The notes: generated by a model from the letters alone, not told the origin. DNA of 64,000 nt from an uncultured Bacillota bacterium (GCA_963823655.1 CAWGMK010000006.1:288001-352000), one strand, 5' to 3'; counted from the first letter of the stretch, positions 18,952 through 30,573 are shown. Numbers and translations: made by a program.

Positions 18952-19905
18952 TCATTGGTAGAAGAACTTGGAGCTGTCCTGCCCGGCTTTTACTAGGCCA
19001 TGCGATCCCATCCACTCGTAGAGCCCCTTCCAGACAGAGGCCTTCTGTAGGCCCCAGGATGAGGCATCCTCAATGTATCTTGGCGAAAGCCATTCCTGGC
19101 TCTTCGTGGCAAGCTCTTTGTCTATCTCGGGGGAGCGCTTTATGAGAATCCTGGCGGCCTCCGCGGGGTTGTTTGCAGCATATGTATAACCTTTGGATGT
19201 CGCTGCCATGAAGGCCTTTGCCAACCCGGATTCCTTTTCTATAAACCTGGCCGATGAGATTATTATCGGTGCGTAGTAATCAGGTATTGCCGGCACGTCC
19301 CTCAGCATGATTGCGGAGATGTCCATGCCCCTCAGCTTAGCCTCGATGCCCTGCCAGCCCATATATATCCAGACGATGTCGACATCCCTGCCCAGTATCG
19401 CAAGCAGGTCCGCAGTTCCGATCACTAGCTCCTTGAGCCTGCTCGGGTCTCCGCCGTCCGACTTGACTACATCACCTATCATTGCCTGCTCAAGAGGCAG
19501 CCCCCAGCTGGCGTAGGTCTTGCCCTGGAAATCCCGCGGCCTTGTTATGTTCGACTTCTTCAAACTGGCGTAAGCAGTCGTATTATGCTGAATGACAGCG
19601 GCTACGGAAACAATAGGGAGCCCTTCGGCCATTGCGGCCGTGGCCCATTCCTGTGAGCTTATGCCGAAATCAACCTTGCCTGCGGCAACAAGCTGCTCTA
19701 GGGCAAGCCCCTGGCTCTGCTCCATAATTTCGACTTCGATGCCGGCCTCCTTGTAGAAGCCCTTCTCCAGGGCCACGAACAATCCGGTGTGATTGGTGTT
19801 CGGGACCCAGTCGAGCAAAATGCTTACTTTAGGCGCCGCTACGGCCTGCGCCGTGATAAGCGCGAAAACCGCCAGCAGGGCTGCCGACAATATTGCCCTT
19901 TTCAT
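18952..19905 (-). CDS. ThiY/NMT1-like substrate-binding protein
   Basis: LDWVPNTNHTG motif; signal peptide. The last residues may be frameshifted. Confidence 0.88.
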   Translation of the reverse strand: MKRAILSAALLAVFALITAQAVAAPKVSILLDWVPNTNHTGLFVALEKGFYKEAGIEVEIMEQSQGLALEQLVAAGKVDFGISSQEWATAAMAEGLPIVSVAAVIQHNTTAYASLKKSNITRPRDFQGKTYASWGLPLEQAMIGDVVKSDGGDPSRLKELVIGTADLLAILGRDVDIVWIYMGWQGIEAKLRGMDISAIMLRDVPAIPDYYAPIIISSARFIEKESGLAKAFMAATSKGYTYAANNPAEAARILIKRSPEIDKELATKSQEWLSPRYIEDASSWGLQKASVWKGLYEWMGSHGLVKAGQDSSKFFYQ

Positions 19906-20681
19906 TTCTCTACCTCCCAGATATCGCTTTCATGCTGGTAGTACCAAGGCGAAAGCCTTCTTGATACGTAATTGACAAGGCTGAACAGGCCCATGCTGAG
20001 GATCGTTATTATCACAAGCACAGCGAATACCCTGTCGGTCCTGAAGGAGTGGGATGATCTCGTAAGATATACTCCAAGGCCCTTTTGCGATCCCATCCAT
20101 TCGGAAACCACTGTGGCGATGATTGCATATGTGGCCGACACCCGAATGCCGGTGAAGATATGCGGCAGCGCCGCAGGCCAGCGGAGCTTCCAGAACAGCT
20201 TTGAAGGCTTCGCATCCATGCCTTTTGCCATTTCCACAAGCTCGGAATCCACTGAGGAAAGGCCGTCGACCACACCAACGCTGATGGGGAAGAAGCATGC
20301 CAGCACCACCAGGAGCACTTTGGGAAGGGTGCCGAAACCGAACCAAAGTATCAGAAGGGGCGCCACGACAATCGTCGGCAGGCTCTGGGATGCAACGAGC
20401 GCAGGATATAGCGTGCTTCTAAGAAAACCGGAGGAGAAGACCATATAGCCCAAAGCAAGGCCTGCTACAAGAGAGGCCGCCATGCCAAGTGCCGCCGCTC
20501 CCAGCGTTGCCAGAGTATGCTGCATAAGAAGCGGGGCCGTTTCGTAGAGCGCCGCGAAGACGGCCGATGGTGCGGGGAAAATCCACGGCTCTATCGCGAA
20601 GGCCCTCACAACAGCCTCGACTGCCAGTATTAAGAGCAAGGCCGCCAACATCGGCCTTACCTTAGAGCGAAGCTTATCCAC
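19902..20681 (-). CDS. ABC permease, ThiX-like
   Basis: SQSLPTIVVAPLLILWFGFG, RWPAALPHIFTG and EWMGSQKGLG. Confidence 0.85.
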   Translation of the reverse strand: MDKLRSKVRPMLAALLLILAVEAVVRAFAIEPWIFPAPSAVFAALYETAPLLMQHTLATLGAAALGMAASLVAGLALGYMVFSSGFLRSTLYPALVASQSLPTIVVAPLLILWFGFGTLPKVLLVVLACFFPISVGVVDGLSSVDSELVEMAKGMDAKPSKLFWKLRWPAALPHIFTGIRVSATYAIIATVVSEWMGSQKGLGVYLTRSSHSFRTDRVFAVLVIITILSMGLFSLVNYVSRRLSPWYYQHESDIWEVEK

Positions 20682-20970
20682 GGTGCTTGGACACCTTCTC
20701 ATCCATCGTGGAGGGTATGTCGGACTCAGCCAACTTGATATAGGTAATGACAGACCCTATGCCTGCATCCTTGACGGCCCTGTGGGCCTTGTAGGCCGTT
20801 GCCCAAAGGAGATCAAGTTCCCCCTCCATTGTCGTTTCGAAAGGCCCGACTTCATACTTCACGCCGGAGCTTTTTATCACTTCTATTGCCTTGTCTACTG
20901 CTTTGTAAACATCCTCTTTCGCCCCTGCGTTAAGGGGCAGGACTTGTATAGCCAGGCTACCATTACGCAT
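20674..20970 (-). CDS. Thiamine-binding protein (DUF77/YkoF-like)
   Basis: SLAIQVLP and SGVKYEVGPFETTMEG; first gene after the TPP riboswitch. Confidence 0.85.
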   Translation of the reverse strand: MRNGSLAIQVLPLNAGAKEDVYKAVDKAIEVIKSSGVKYEVGPFETTMEGELDLLWATAYKAHRAVKDAGIGSVITYIKLAESDIPSTMDEKVSKHRG

Positions 20971-20982
20971 ACAGACACCTCC

Positions 20983-21010
20983 AAAAAAACGCAGGCCCGG
21001 AGGCCTGCGC
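20983..21010 (-). terminator. Expression-platform terminator of the TPP riboswitch
   Basis: CGCAGGCC-TCCG-GGCCTGCG followed by T7. Confidence 0.85.
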
Positions 21011-21021
21011 AAATAACCATC

Positions 21022-21112
21022 TCTGCACTACCTACGCCGGGATTATCCGGATCAGGTCAAATCGGGTCGGCAGGTCATCCTGCCCTCTCAGCTGTCGCTC
21101 CCCGGGCCTATA
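21022..21112 (-). ncRNA. TPP riboswitch
   Basis: Minus strand reads GGGGAGC...GCTGAGA...GACCC...GACCTGATCCGGATAATCCCGGCGTAGG, matching the thi-box consensus, upstream of thiamine transport genes. Confidence 0.93.
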
Positions 21113-21160
21113 TTCGACTTCCTTAATTATAGCCCCTCATTGCCAGGTTTTCAATATTCG

Positions 21161-23816
21161 CTAGGGCATTGCCATGTAAAGCACACCGTGGTCAACGGCT
21201 GCAAGCCTCTCCTCCGAGCCAAGCTCGATTACTATCACATCCGAATAGCCCATGAAAAGGGCCCTTGCCGCTGATGCCTTCACTAGCCCCTTTTCGTTCT
21301 CGTCCCTCATATCCTGCAAGGGGGGGGACCCTGCCTTTGACCTCTGTTTCAGACCGTCGACTTCGATGATCAAAATGCCGGATTTGCCCGGTATGGTGCA
21401 GGCTTCAAACAGCTTCTGCCATTGGCCTATGCCGTTTGCATATGCGCTGCCGCCTGTTGCGTCCAGGCGGAGCACTGATGCCTTGCCGGGCACGGCAGCA
21501 GGGCCGTAATCGGCAACAATTCCTGCTTCCATGCTCATATCTACTTCGTCAGCGGGGGAGTAGGCGATATGCTGTGGAAGTGAGGCCTCCTTTAAAAAAG
21601 GCAACTTAGAAATTCGCCCTTCAGCCGGTATGGCTGCCAGGTCGTCAAGGTAGACAGTGCCTTCGCTTGCCATGTCGTCTTTGAATTCCACGAGGTATAT
21701 CTGCTCGATTGTAAAGGGCCCGCCTTCTGCGGGAAGCGATGCCTTGTATTCGTTCCATCCTGTGCCGGCAAGCCTTCCGAAATCGAGGAAATGCCTAGTG
21801 TCGGCCGCGTCACGGACATTCGCCCTCAGCCAATGGCCGGATGCAAAGTCGGCGTTCGCCATTATGCCAAGCGCCGTTGCCGTTGCCGGTATGAGTATCC
21901 TTGCCGACGGTTTCGCGTATGCGGCCCTGACGCCCGTGCCGGCGAAGTCGTAGGCAAGCCCCATGGCGCTTCTGCCGTCCGCATTTGCAAAAGACATACC
22001 CTTCAAACTTGTTTCGGGAGAGCCGTACGAAGTCCACAGCGAAGGGTCATCCATGGCATCCAAAATCAGGGCTTCGTCGAGGCTGTCGAAGAGCGTATCG
22101 GGCAGAAAGCTTCCAAGCAGAGCGTCCTCGAAGTATATCTCTATTGACTCGATGTTGCCGGAGAGATTCTATTACCGCCTGCGGAAGAAGGGGGGCGGGC
22201 AGCTCAAAAGGGCCGCTCTCGGTGATTACTCGCATGCGAAGCCCGGCGGAAGGCAGGGGTATTTCCCTTCCCTTGTGGTCGAATGCTTGGATGCCGAGGC
22301 TTAAGCCGATGTCCGATTTGAGCGCCGAAGCCAGGGTGACTCTAACAGGCTTTCCGGTTGCCAACAGCCTGTATGTTGTCTCAATGCCGTTAAATTCCGA
22401 CTTCAGCTCGATATATCCTTCGGAGACGACAGTGAGGCCCGGGGTTTCGGGAAGCTGTACAAGGTTGCCATGTGCTACCGGCAAGTCCGAAAACGCATCG
22501 GCTTCCGTCGCGAAATATAAATGCGTGCCGACTGTTACAATGGGCAGCTCTCCGATCAACCCCTCATATGCAGCACCGGGTTCTCCAAGCTGTCCCGCTG
22601 CCGGTACATCGAAAGCAGGCCCAAAAGCGGGAGCGGCGGTCAAAACCGGGAATGTCGTGGCCTGCCTGCCGTCAATCGCCTTAATACCCACCGAATAGCT
22701 GACCTTCCTGTCGGCACCGCCTGTTCCTAGCAGCTTGTATGCAGATTGGCCGTCAGATGCGGCGGCTTGGGTGGACCCGCCACCGTCCAGGTTCAGGGCG
22801 TCCCTGCAACCGAGGTCCATCATGAGCTGCGCGGCCTCATCCAGCGTAACGCCTCTCGAATCAAGGCTTCTCCCCTCGACGGCAACGAGCAGCAGCCTGC
22901 CGTCCCAGGTGATGCCAGCCATTGTCCGGGGTGCCCTGAGCGCGCCCGATATGCTGGTGAAACTCGAAAGGTTCTTCTGCTTCAAGCCATCCTTTACGAG
23001 TACCGGCTTTCCGGAGAAGGCAGATTCCATAGGAAACGGGGGGAAGAGGTTGAACTCCAGCCGGATGGAGTCCCCCAAGGCTAAATCCAATAGCCCGTTC
23101 ACCATGGAACCGGTCGTAATCAGCTCATAGTCGAAAGGCAGCGACAGTGCGCTCTTGTCATCGGGTATGCCTGTTAGGCCGGTCTTGAACAACGCGATGA
23201 TTGTGTTGCCTTTGATGAGCGCTACAACCGCCTTGGCCGGATATTTCCTTTCCGATCTCAGAGCGTTGAATAGGACCGCATCGGAGCTACCGACTGAAAG
23301 CTCGTTATATGAGGAGATATCTATGTTCCCCCCATCCGGGCGCACCAAACGGGCAGACCAGCTGAATTTCTCAATGTACGCCGAACCTGCTCCCGGTATG
23401 CAAAGCGTCGCGAAGTCCGCGTCCTTCCTGGGGGATCTAATGAGTGAGCCGTCGGAGACAACCATGGAAAGGGGCATTCCGGAGGCGGTATCGAAGAAAT
23501 CGCCGTTGACGGCGGCAAGCAGCCCTTTTGACCTTAGTGTGTCTATTACGCTGGAAGGCTCATCCATAAAAGCGCCGGCATTGAACGGGCCGACGTAGAA
23601 ATCCCCGGTCGTTGTATCAACTGAGATTACGCAGTATCTGAGCCATCCGGATTTTGAAAGCTCGGTCACAGAGGCAATATCAAGCCCCGGCAGCTGCCTG
23701 TATGATGATTCAAAGGCCAGTATGCCCGGCCTTTGTGCGAAGGCTGTGCCTGATAGCGCAAAGACGAGGGATAATATCAGCGCCAAGCCGAAGCCTCTAA
23801 TTGTGGAATACTTCAT
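21161..23816 (-). CDS. Secreted phosphodiester glycosidase (NAGPA/DUF2233) multidomain protein (frameshifts near 22050-22150)
   Basis: AAVNGDFF, APRTMAG and ALNLDGGGST; signal peptide; C-terminal beta-sandwich segment (GHWLRANVRD...GTVYLDDL). Confidence 0.8.
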
Positions 23817-23878
23817 GGAACACGCCCCTATACTAGATGTAAGATAATTGTAGTTAATCCGAAGCCGGAGGTGTACCC

Positions 23879-25450
23879 ATGGCAAGGCTTTTTTTAAGAA
23901 ACGGCAGAATATTCCTCGGAAGGCCGGGAGCGGGATTCGCTGAGGCCGCCGCAATCGCGGGGCGCAGGGTCCTTGCAGTCGGCAAGGAAGAAGATGTGGC
24001 GGGCATTGCCTCGGGCTTTGAGGAAGTGGACCTTGCCGGAGGCGTTGCTGTACCTGCCTTCTGCGACTCGCACATCCATCTGTTGATGTATGCATTAAGC
24101 TTAGCCACTGTTCAACTTTCGGGCTCAAATAGCCAGGAGGAGGCGGCGGGGCGCGTAGCGGCCAGGGCGCAAATCGCGCGGCCCGGTTCCTGGATTACCG
24201 GTATAGGCTGGTCAAAAGAGGAGTTCAAAAACAGGCAGTTCCCGACCAAGGCCCCACTTGACCTGGTGTCTCCTCAAAACCCGGTTGCGCTATATAGCAG
24301 GGATTATCATTCGCTTTGGCTGAACAGCGTGGCTCTTTCCCAGCTTGGCATAGATAAAAATACAGCTGATGTCCAAGGGGGTTCCATCCTAAGAGGTGAC
24401 GACGGCGAGCCTAGCGGGGTCCTGCTTGAGTACGCCGCGAAGATGGCATATGATCTTATACCCAAGCAATCGGCTTCCAGCTGCTTAGGCGCCCTTGATG
24501 CCGCTTTCGGCAAGCTTTACTCGCTTGGAATACTTACAGTACACAATATGGACTCGGATGGGGATATGTCCCTGCTCTCCGATTTAAAGGCGCAAGGAAG
24601 GCTCGGGGTAAGAGCCGTAGGCTATATCGGCAGGGAGGCTCTCGAGGGGGCGATCTCCGCCGGGCTGCATTCTGGAGCCGGGGACTCGCGCCTTAAATTC
24701 GGCGGCTTGAAGCTTATCAAGGATGGCACGCTAGGCTCTCAGACAGCGATGATGCTCGAGCCATTCGAGGGCGGATTTAACAGGGGAATCGAATTGCTGC
24801 CCGACGATGAGTTGAACTCCCTTATATCCAGGGCCAACAATTCAGGCATAGGAGCCGCCGTGCATGCGATAGGCGATGGTGCGAACCGCAGCGTCCTGGA
24901 CGCATTCTCCAGATCCGGCAAACAGGACAGGGCCCTGGCCAACAGGATCGAGCATGTCCAGCTTCTAAGCGAGGAGGACATGCCAAGGCCGGCAGCGCTA
25001 GGACTGGCTTGCTCGATGCAGCCGGTTCACATGGACGGGGACATCGCCCCGGCGTCTCTTCTATGGGCCGACAGGTGCAAATACGCATTTGCCATGAGAA
25101 GCCTTGCAAGAAGCGGCTCACCCTTGCTTTTGGGCTCGGACGCTCCCGTAGCCGACCCTGACCCGTTGAAGGGCATCTGCTCGGCAGTAACTAGGAAAGG
25201 CCCTGATGGAAAGCCGGAGCGGGGATGGTATCCGGATGAGAGGATCAGTGTAGAGGAGGCTGTCAGGTCCTATACATGGAACCCTGCCGCGCTTTTCGGA
25301 GATGAAAAGAACCTTGGAAGCATAGAAGCCGGCAAGATCGCAGACATCGCAATTCTTTCGGAGGATATTTTCTCGATCCCTAAGGAGAGAATTAGAAAGG
25401 CCAGGGTGGCAGGGACGATAATGGAAGGGGAATTCGTTTACCGGGTTTAA
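23879..25450 (+). CDS. Amidohydrolase_3 family protein (YtcJ-like)
   Basis: PAFCDSHIH, HAIGD, RIEHVQ, GSDAPV and GSIEAGKIAD. Confidence 0.9.
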   Translation: MARLFLRNGRIFLGRPGAGFAEAAAIAGRRVLAVGKEEDVAGIASGFEEVDLAGGVAVPAFCDSHIHLLMYALSLATVQLSGSNSQEEAAGRVAARAQIARPGSWITGIGWSKEEFKNRQFPTKAPLDLVSPQNPVALYSRDYHSLWLNSVALSQLGIDKNTADVQGGSILRGDDGEPSGVLLEYAAKMAYDLIPKQSASSCLGALDAAFGKLYSLGILTVHNMDSDGDMSLLSDLKAQGRLGVRAVGYIGREALEGAISAGLHSGAGDSRLKFGGLKLIKDGTLGSQTAMMLEPFEGGFNRGIELLPDDELNSLISRANNSGIGAAVHAIGDGANRSVLDAFSRSGKQDRALANRIEHVQLLSEEDMPRPAALGLACSMQPVHMDGDIAPASLLWADRCKYAFAMRSLARSGSPLLLGSDAPVADPDPLKGICSAVTRKGPDGKPERGWYPDERISVEEAVRSYTWNPAALFGDEKNLGSIEAGKIADIAILSEDIFSIPKERIRKARVAGTIMEGEFVYRV

Positions 25451-25511
25451 TGGAAGCATGGCTGGCTTGTGGCTTTATGGAGAATGCTATAAATTCGATA
25501 AACGAGCACAC

Positions 25512-25632
25512 AAGGAGGACCAGGGAAGGAAATGCGCAGGTAACAACCCCAGCTGATGGACGAAATGACCCGTACGAGTTACGGGCGTAAATCCATGGGC
25601 GGGGGCTTTTTTATGCCCCGCCCGCTTCGGAG
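25512..25632 (+). promoter_or_regulatory. Candidate ribosome-dependent riboregulator (uORF MRR* at 25532-25543 plus alternative hairpins)
   Basis: Purine-rich SD-like tract, then ATG CGC AGG TAA, then CCCC..ATGGA/TCCAT..GGGG-CTTTTTT competing with GGGCGGGGGC/GCCCCGCCC. Confidence 0.55.
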
Positions 25633-25640
25633 GTGTTATC

Positions 25641-27213
25641 TTGCTGGCATTGAAGCTTACTGACATCGACTTCTCATACGGATCCAGAAAGATCATAAAG
25701 CTCGGCTCGCTGTCGATTTACGATGGAGAGAGAATCGGCCTGATAGGGCCCAACGGATGCGGAAAAAGCACACTGCTGGACATTATCGCAGGCAGAGTTG
25801 ACGTTTCGCCGGGCAGCGCCCAGCGCTTCTTGGATATTTCCTACTGCGACCAGGCGGGAAGCCCAAAGCTTCGCCCTTCCGCCAGATTGCTTTCCATTTT
25901 CAAAGCCCAAGAAGGCCTGATAAACCCGAGCGGAGGGGAGCGGATGCGCTATAAGCTCGCGTCTGCGTTCACGCCCGGCAAAGGGATACTGATCCTCGAT
26001 GAACCTACCACAAACCTGGACCTGGATGGCATCCTCCAGCTCAGAGACGAAATCTTTGAATGGGATGGGCCCGTTCTGCTTGTGACCCACGACGCAGCAC
26101 TTCTTTCCGAGACTTGCGAAAGGACGCTGTCCATAAGGGATCGCAGGCTGGAAGATTTCCCTGGAGGATACGATGAGTGGGTCTTGGACAGGCGCCTTCG
26201 TGAGAAAAGCCGGATAAATGAGTATGATGAGTATCTAAGGCAGAAAAGGCACCTGCTTGGGGCATTCAGGCAGGCCCAGTCCTCTTCGAAACAGGTGAAA
26301 ACAACGCCATCCAGGATGGGCAACTCGGAGGCGAGGCTGCATAAAGCTGAGGCAAGGGAGAGCTCCGAGAAACTGGCAAAGAAGGCCGCAGCCATATTGT
26401 CGCGGCTTGCAAGGCTGAAGGCCGTAAGCAGGCCAAAGCCGGACAGAGAGCTTACCATGGCTTTTGCGAAACCCTCAGACAGCCTGCCCAGATTTGCGGC
26501 CATAGCGAAGGAAATCGGGCTGAACGCCGGTAAGAGAAGCCTTCTTGATGCGGCCTCCTTCGACCTGCCTACCGGCTCTAAGACATGCCTGTTGGGGCCG
26601 AACGGGTGCGGCAAGACAAGCCTGTTGAATAAAATCGCGGAGTTGTCCGAGGGGATCGTGTCCAAAGGTGTTAAATGCTCATTGATGCGTCAGGACCTTT
26701 CGAACCTTTCTGAAGCCCATTCTGCTCTTGAGAATGTAATGATGACTTCGAAAAGAACAGAGCCATTCATAAGGACCGTGCTGGCAGGCCTTCGAATAAC
26801 GGGCGATATGGTGCACACGCCAGTAGGCAGCCATGTCCGGGGGAGAGAGGATGAAAGTTGAGCTTGCCAGGTTGATGATGTCAGAAGCCGACATGCTGCT
26901 ACTCGACGAGCCTTCCAATCACATGGACATAGAATCATGCGGAGCACTGGGTGAAGTGTTGCGCGCCTGGCCCGGCACACTGCTGATGGCGACACATGAC
27001 AGGGCGCTGATAGATGCCGTTTCCGATAGGATTATTATCTGGCAGGGAACGAAGCTTCTTACTTATGAGGGAAACTACTCCGATTACATGTCATCCACAA
27101 ACGATAAGCTTGATATAGTGGCCCTGGCGGAGGGGATGAAACGCGCTGACGATGCTTCTAAACGCAACGGGCCGATATTGGATACAGCCGGTTGCAGGAG
27201 TTTTGATGAATGA
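25641..27213 (+). CDS. ABC-F ATPase, ribosomal-protection (Vga/Msr-like ARE) type (frameshift near 26830)
   Basis: Two NBDs (GPNGCGKS/LDEPT and GPNGCGKT/LDEPSNH), no TM segments, short first NBD and an extended interdomain linker (TPSRMGNSEARLHK). Confidence 0.75.
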
Positions 27214-27220
27214 AATGTTA

Positions 27221-27250
27221 CAGGATCCCGGCGAGCCGGGATCCTGCTTT
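27221..27250. terminator. Hairpin terminator between convergent ABC-F and alaX
   Basis: CAGGATCCCGGC/GCCGGGATCCTG inverted repeat. Confidence 0.75.
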
Positions 27251-27259
27251 ATCCAATCC

Positions 27260-28481
27260 TTAAGATAGCTGGGAGACTATGTGATCATGCGCGGTTTTCA
27301 GCGCTTCATCCAGCGAAGGCACCTTCGACCCGCCGCCCTGGGCCATGCCCTGGTTTCCTCCGCCTTTGCCTTCTAGCAGAACTATCGCCGATTTGAAAGC
27401 TGCGGCGGCATCAAGGGAGGTATCCTGGGAGCGCGCTACAACAAGATAGGCGTTATCCTGGTTGAATGAGCCGACCACCGCGGCGGTTAAGGGATTTCCC
27501 ACCAGCTTAAGGGCGAATAGCTTTGGCGGTGTCCATATTGCCCTGCCCGGCGTTGTGCACAATCACTTTGACTCCTGAATAGGCCTCTGCCTGATCCCAA
27601 ATCCTTACCGCATCATATTCCATGAGCCTCTGGCTTGCGTCCTGCAGCGACTTCCTGGCGTCCTTGAGCTGGCCGAGCATTCGCTCTATCTGTTGTTCCA
27701 GCTCCATAGGATGTACTGAAAGAGATGATGCCGCCTTGGCCAGCTGCCTGTTCTTGTTCCTGTAATCCACTAGTGCCCTCATGCCGCACAGCAGCTCAAG
27801 GCGCACCTTGCCCTTGGCGCGGTCTATCCTTGTAATCTTGATTAGGCCGATTTCGCCTGTGTGGGCCACGTGTGTGCCGCCGCAGGGGCAATTGTCGAAG
27901 CCCTGGACGGACACTATCCTGATGTCGGAGACGACCTTCGGCGCTTTACGAAGGTTCATAGCCTTGAGCCTGTCGGCATCCACGAATTCGGCAACCACGG
28001 GGACATCCTTGGTTACTATGTCATTCGAGACATCCTCCGCCTTATCGGCCTGCCATTCCTCCAGCTTGTCGGTGTCCAGATCCACGGTGCAATACTCCTC
28101 GCCGAGATGGAAGCCCACGGTCTCGAAACCGAAAAGCCTTTCGAAGGCGGCTGAGAGTATATGCTGGCCGGTATGCTGCTGCATAAGATCGAACCTGCGA
28201 TGCCCGTCAATTGAGCATCTTACCCTGCCTGAGACCGGACCGCTTGTTAAGACGATAACCCGGCCCTCGGAATCTTCTGTTACGTCGATGACATCAGCTC
28301 CGGCAACCTTGCCCCTGTCGGATGGCTGCCCGCCGGATTCAGGATAGAATGCGTTGGGCGACAGCTGGACCTGCCAGCTCTCAGCCGAATTCGCGCAAGC
28401 GCATGGCCCCTCGCAGCTTATTACGTCCGCGTCGAACTCAAGCAGTTTCGGGTCATAGTAATAAAGCCTGTCTTTTGCCAA
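27260..28481 (-). CDS. Alanyl-tRNA editing protein (AlaX-L type, with DHHA1 domain; frameshift near 27520)
   Basis: FYPESGGQPSDRG, MQQHTGQHILS, CPCGGTHV and C-terminal GKGGGNQGMAQGG. Confidence 0.88.
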
Positions 28482-28548
28482 TTCGAGCTCCCCCTATGCC
28501 TGTTAAAGTATAATGAAATTATTATACCGCTATGGCCTTGAGGTGGAT

Positions 28549-29185
28549 ATGCCTGAAAGAGAATACGTCACGCTAATAGGCGAAGGCTTGTCATCGGTAG
28601 AAGACAGGAAGAGCCGGTTCATAGGCAGGGCCAGGCACGTTGAACGCGAGGCTGAGGCCTATGAGTTCGTCGATGCGGTAAAAAGGCTGGAAAAAGGGGC
28701 CAGGCATAATGTGTATGCTTTTTCCCTGGGTCTGTCTTCGGAGATCGTGCGCTCCAGCGATGACGGCGAGCCCTCCGCAACTGCGGGAAGGCCCTGCTTG
28801 GAAGCTATTAAGCTGAAGGGGCTTACGGACTGCATTGTAGTGGTCACAAGGTATTTCGGCGGCACGCTCCTTGGCACTGGGGGCCTTGTAAGGGCATACG
28901 GACTTGCCGCAAGGGATGCCATAGGCGCTGCCGGCATCGGCGTCAGGGTTAGTTATAGGCAATTGGAGATGTCGATAGAATACTCGGAATGGGGAAGGCT
29001 GTCGGATTTTCTTGCGAGAAGGTCAGTTCTCGATTTGAAGGCCGAGTTCATGGAAAAAGTGAAGGCTACTTTCCTGGTTAAGGATAAAGAAAAGGACTTT
29101 TTCATAGGAGAGCTCACCGACTTGCTATCAGGAAAGGCGCAAATAAAGGAAGTAGCACAAAAGCATATGCTGGAGAGAGCTATAA
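28549..29185 (+). CDS. yigZ: YigZ/IMPACT family protein
   Basis: KSRFIG, ARHNVYAF, SDDGEPSATAG and VVTRYFGGTLLGTGGLVRAY. The true stop is probably TAA at about 29185, just before a terminator. Confidence 0.88.
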
Positions 29186-29210
29186 AAAAGGGACGGTTTG
29201 AACCGTCCCC
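29184..29210. terminator. Terminator between convergent yigZ and TPM genes
   Basis: GGGACGGTT/AACCGTCCC stem preceded by A6. Confidence 0.75.
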
Positions 29211-29217
29211 TGATGAA

Positions 29218-30009
29218 TTACCAGCCTCTTCCGGCCCCGCCTCCACCGGATCGGCCTCCGCCGAAACCGCCGAAGCCTCCGCCGGACTTGCCGCCGCCTC
29301 CTCCGAAGCCACCAAAACCGCCGAAGTTCTTGGGCCCGCTGCTCCAAGGTCCGCCGAAGCCGGAGAAAGGCGGCTTAGTGCCGGTTCCGCCCGTCGGCAT
29401 GTTCTTGGATATGAATTTCAGGAAACCGATTACCAGGATGATTATTATCACGGCTATTACCAGGAGTATGACCTGGGCTGTAGTCGACAGCACCTCTTCG
29501 GCGAGGGGGACGCCGGTTATCTCGGCTCGAAGCGCCGCAATGGTGTCCTCTATAGCTTTCTCGGTGTTGCCGCTTTGCATAGCCGGCACGAAATAGTCAT
29601 CCAGTATCCTGCCCGCCTTGAAATCGTTAATTTCGCCTTCCAGCCCATAGCCGACTTCGATGCGCACATCGCGCTCCTCTTCGGCAATCAGCAATAGAAG
29701 CCCGTCGTCCTCGCCCTGCCTGCCAATGCCCCAGCTTTCGAACAGCTCTACAGCGAAATGTTCGATATAGTCGCCGTCCATGTCATCCACAGTAACGACG
29801 GCTATCTGGGCGCTGGTTTCCTTCTCGGCCATAAGCAGCTGCGCCTCGATGCGCTCAGCCGCCGCGGCATCTAGCATTCCGGCGAAATCGTTAAAGAGCC
29901 TGGGCGGAACCGGGGATGCCGGTATCGCAGCGTACGCAGGGAAGAATGCGGCGATCGCAAGGACCGCCGCCATTGCTATTAGAGTGATCCTGCCCGCCCT
30001 AGGCGCCAT
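29218..30009 (-). CDS. TPM-domain (YgcG-like) membrane protein
   Basis: DFAGML, QIAVVTV, WGIG, RIEVGYGLEG and a Gly-rich tail GGGRSGGGGAGRGW. Confidence 0.92.
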   Translation of the reverse strand: MAPRAGRITLIAMAAVLAIAAFFPAYAAIPASPVPPRLFNDFAGMLDAAAAERIEAQLLMAEKETSAQIAVVTVDDMDGDYIEHFAVELFESWGIGRQGEDDGLLLLIAEEERDVRIEVGYGLEGEINDFKAGRILDDYFVPAMQSGNTEKAIEDTIAALRAEITGVPLAEEVLSTTAQVILLVIAVIIIILVIGFLKFISKNMPTGGTGTKPPFSGFGGPWSSGPKNFGGFGGFGGGGGKSGGGFGGFGGGRSGGGGAGRGW

Positions 30010-30573
30010 CTAGAACTCCACCTTCGGTGCCGTGTCAGAACCTTCTACAGATTCGAACAGCTTCTTGGCCGTGAAACCGCGCATCCCGGCTATGATGCTT
30101 GTCGGGAATGTCCTTATCTTCGTATTCCAGTTGCGCACTTCGTCATTGTATCTGCCGCGGGCGACCGATATGCGGTTCTCTGTGCCGGCAAGCTCGTCCA
30201 TCAGGGCAGAGAACTGCGCGTTCGATTTCAGCTCAGGATAGTTCTCGATTACTACCAGCAACCTGGAAAGGGCGCCTTCAAGCCCGTTTGCGGCATCTAT
30301 CTTATCGTCGATGGTGCTTGCGCCGCCGAGCTTTGCCCTGGCCTCGGTTACGGAATCGATTACTGCCTGCTCCTGTGCCGCGAAGCCCTTGACGGTGGCG
30401 ACCAGGTTAGGAATGAGGTCATACCTTCTCTGGAACTGGTTTTCAACCTCGGCCCAGGCTGCGTTTACTTTCTCATCCATGCCAACTAGCTGGTTACCGA
30501 TGCTTATGTAAGCCAGCACGGCAACTATGACGAGGCCCAACAGGATCCAAAGGATATTGAACTTGCCCTTCAT
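30010..30573 (-). CDS. lemA: LemA family protein
   Basis: WAEVENQFQRRYDLIPNLV, ENYPELKS and LAGTENRISVAR. Confidence 0.94.
   Translation of the reverse strand: MKGKFNILWILLGLVIVAVLAYISIGNQLVGMDEKVNAAWAEVENQFQRRYDLIPNLVATVKGFAAQEQAVIDSVTEARAKLGGASTIDDKIDAANGLEGALSRLLVVIENYPELKSNAQFSALMDELAGTENRISVARGRYNDEVRNWNTKIRTFPTSIIAGMRGFTAKKLFESVEGSDTAPKVEF

Noticed and set aside
29186-29697. Long YigZ tail and Pro-rich ORF 29198-29596
   Set aside because: These are read-through from an indel and the antisense shadow of the Gly-rich TPM tail.
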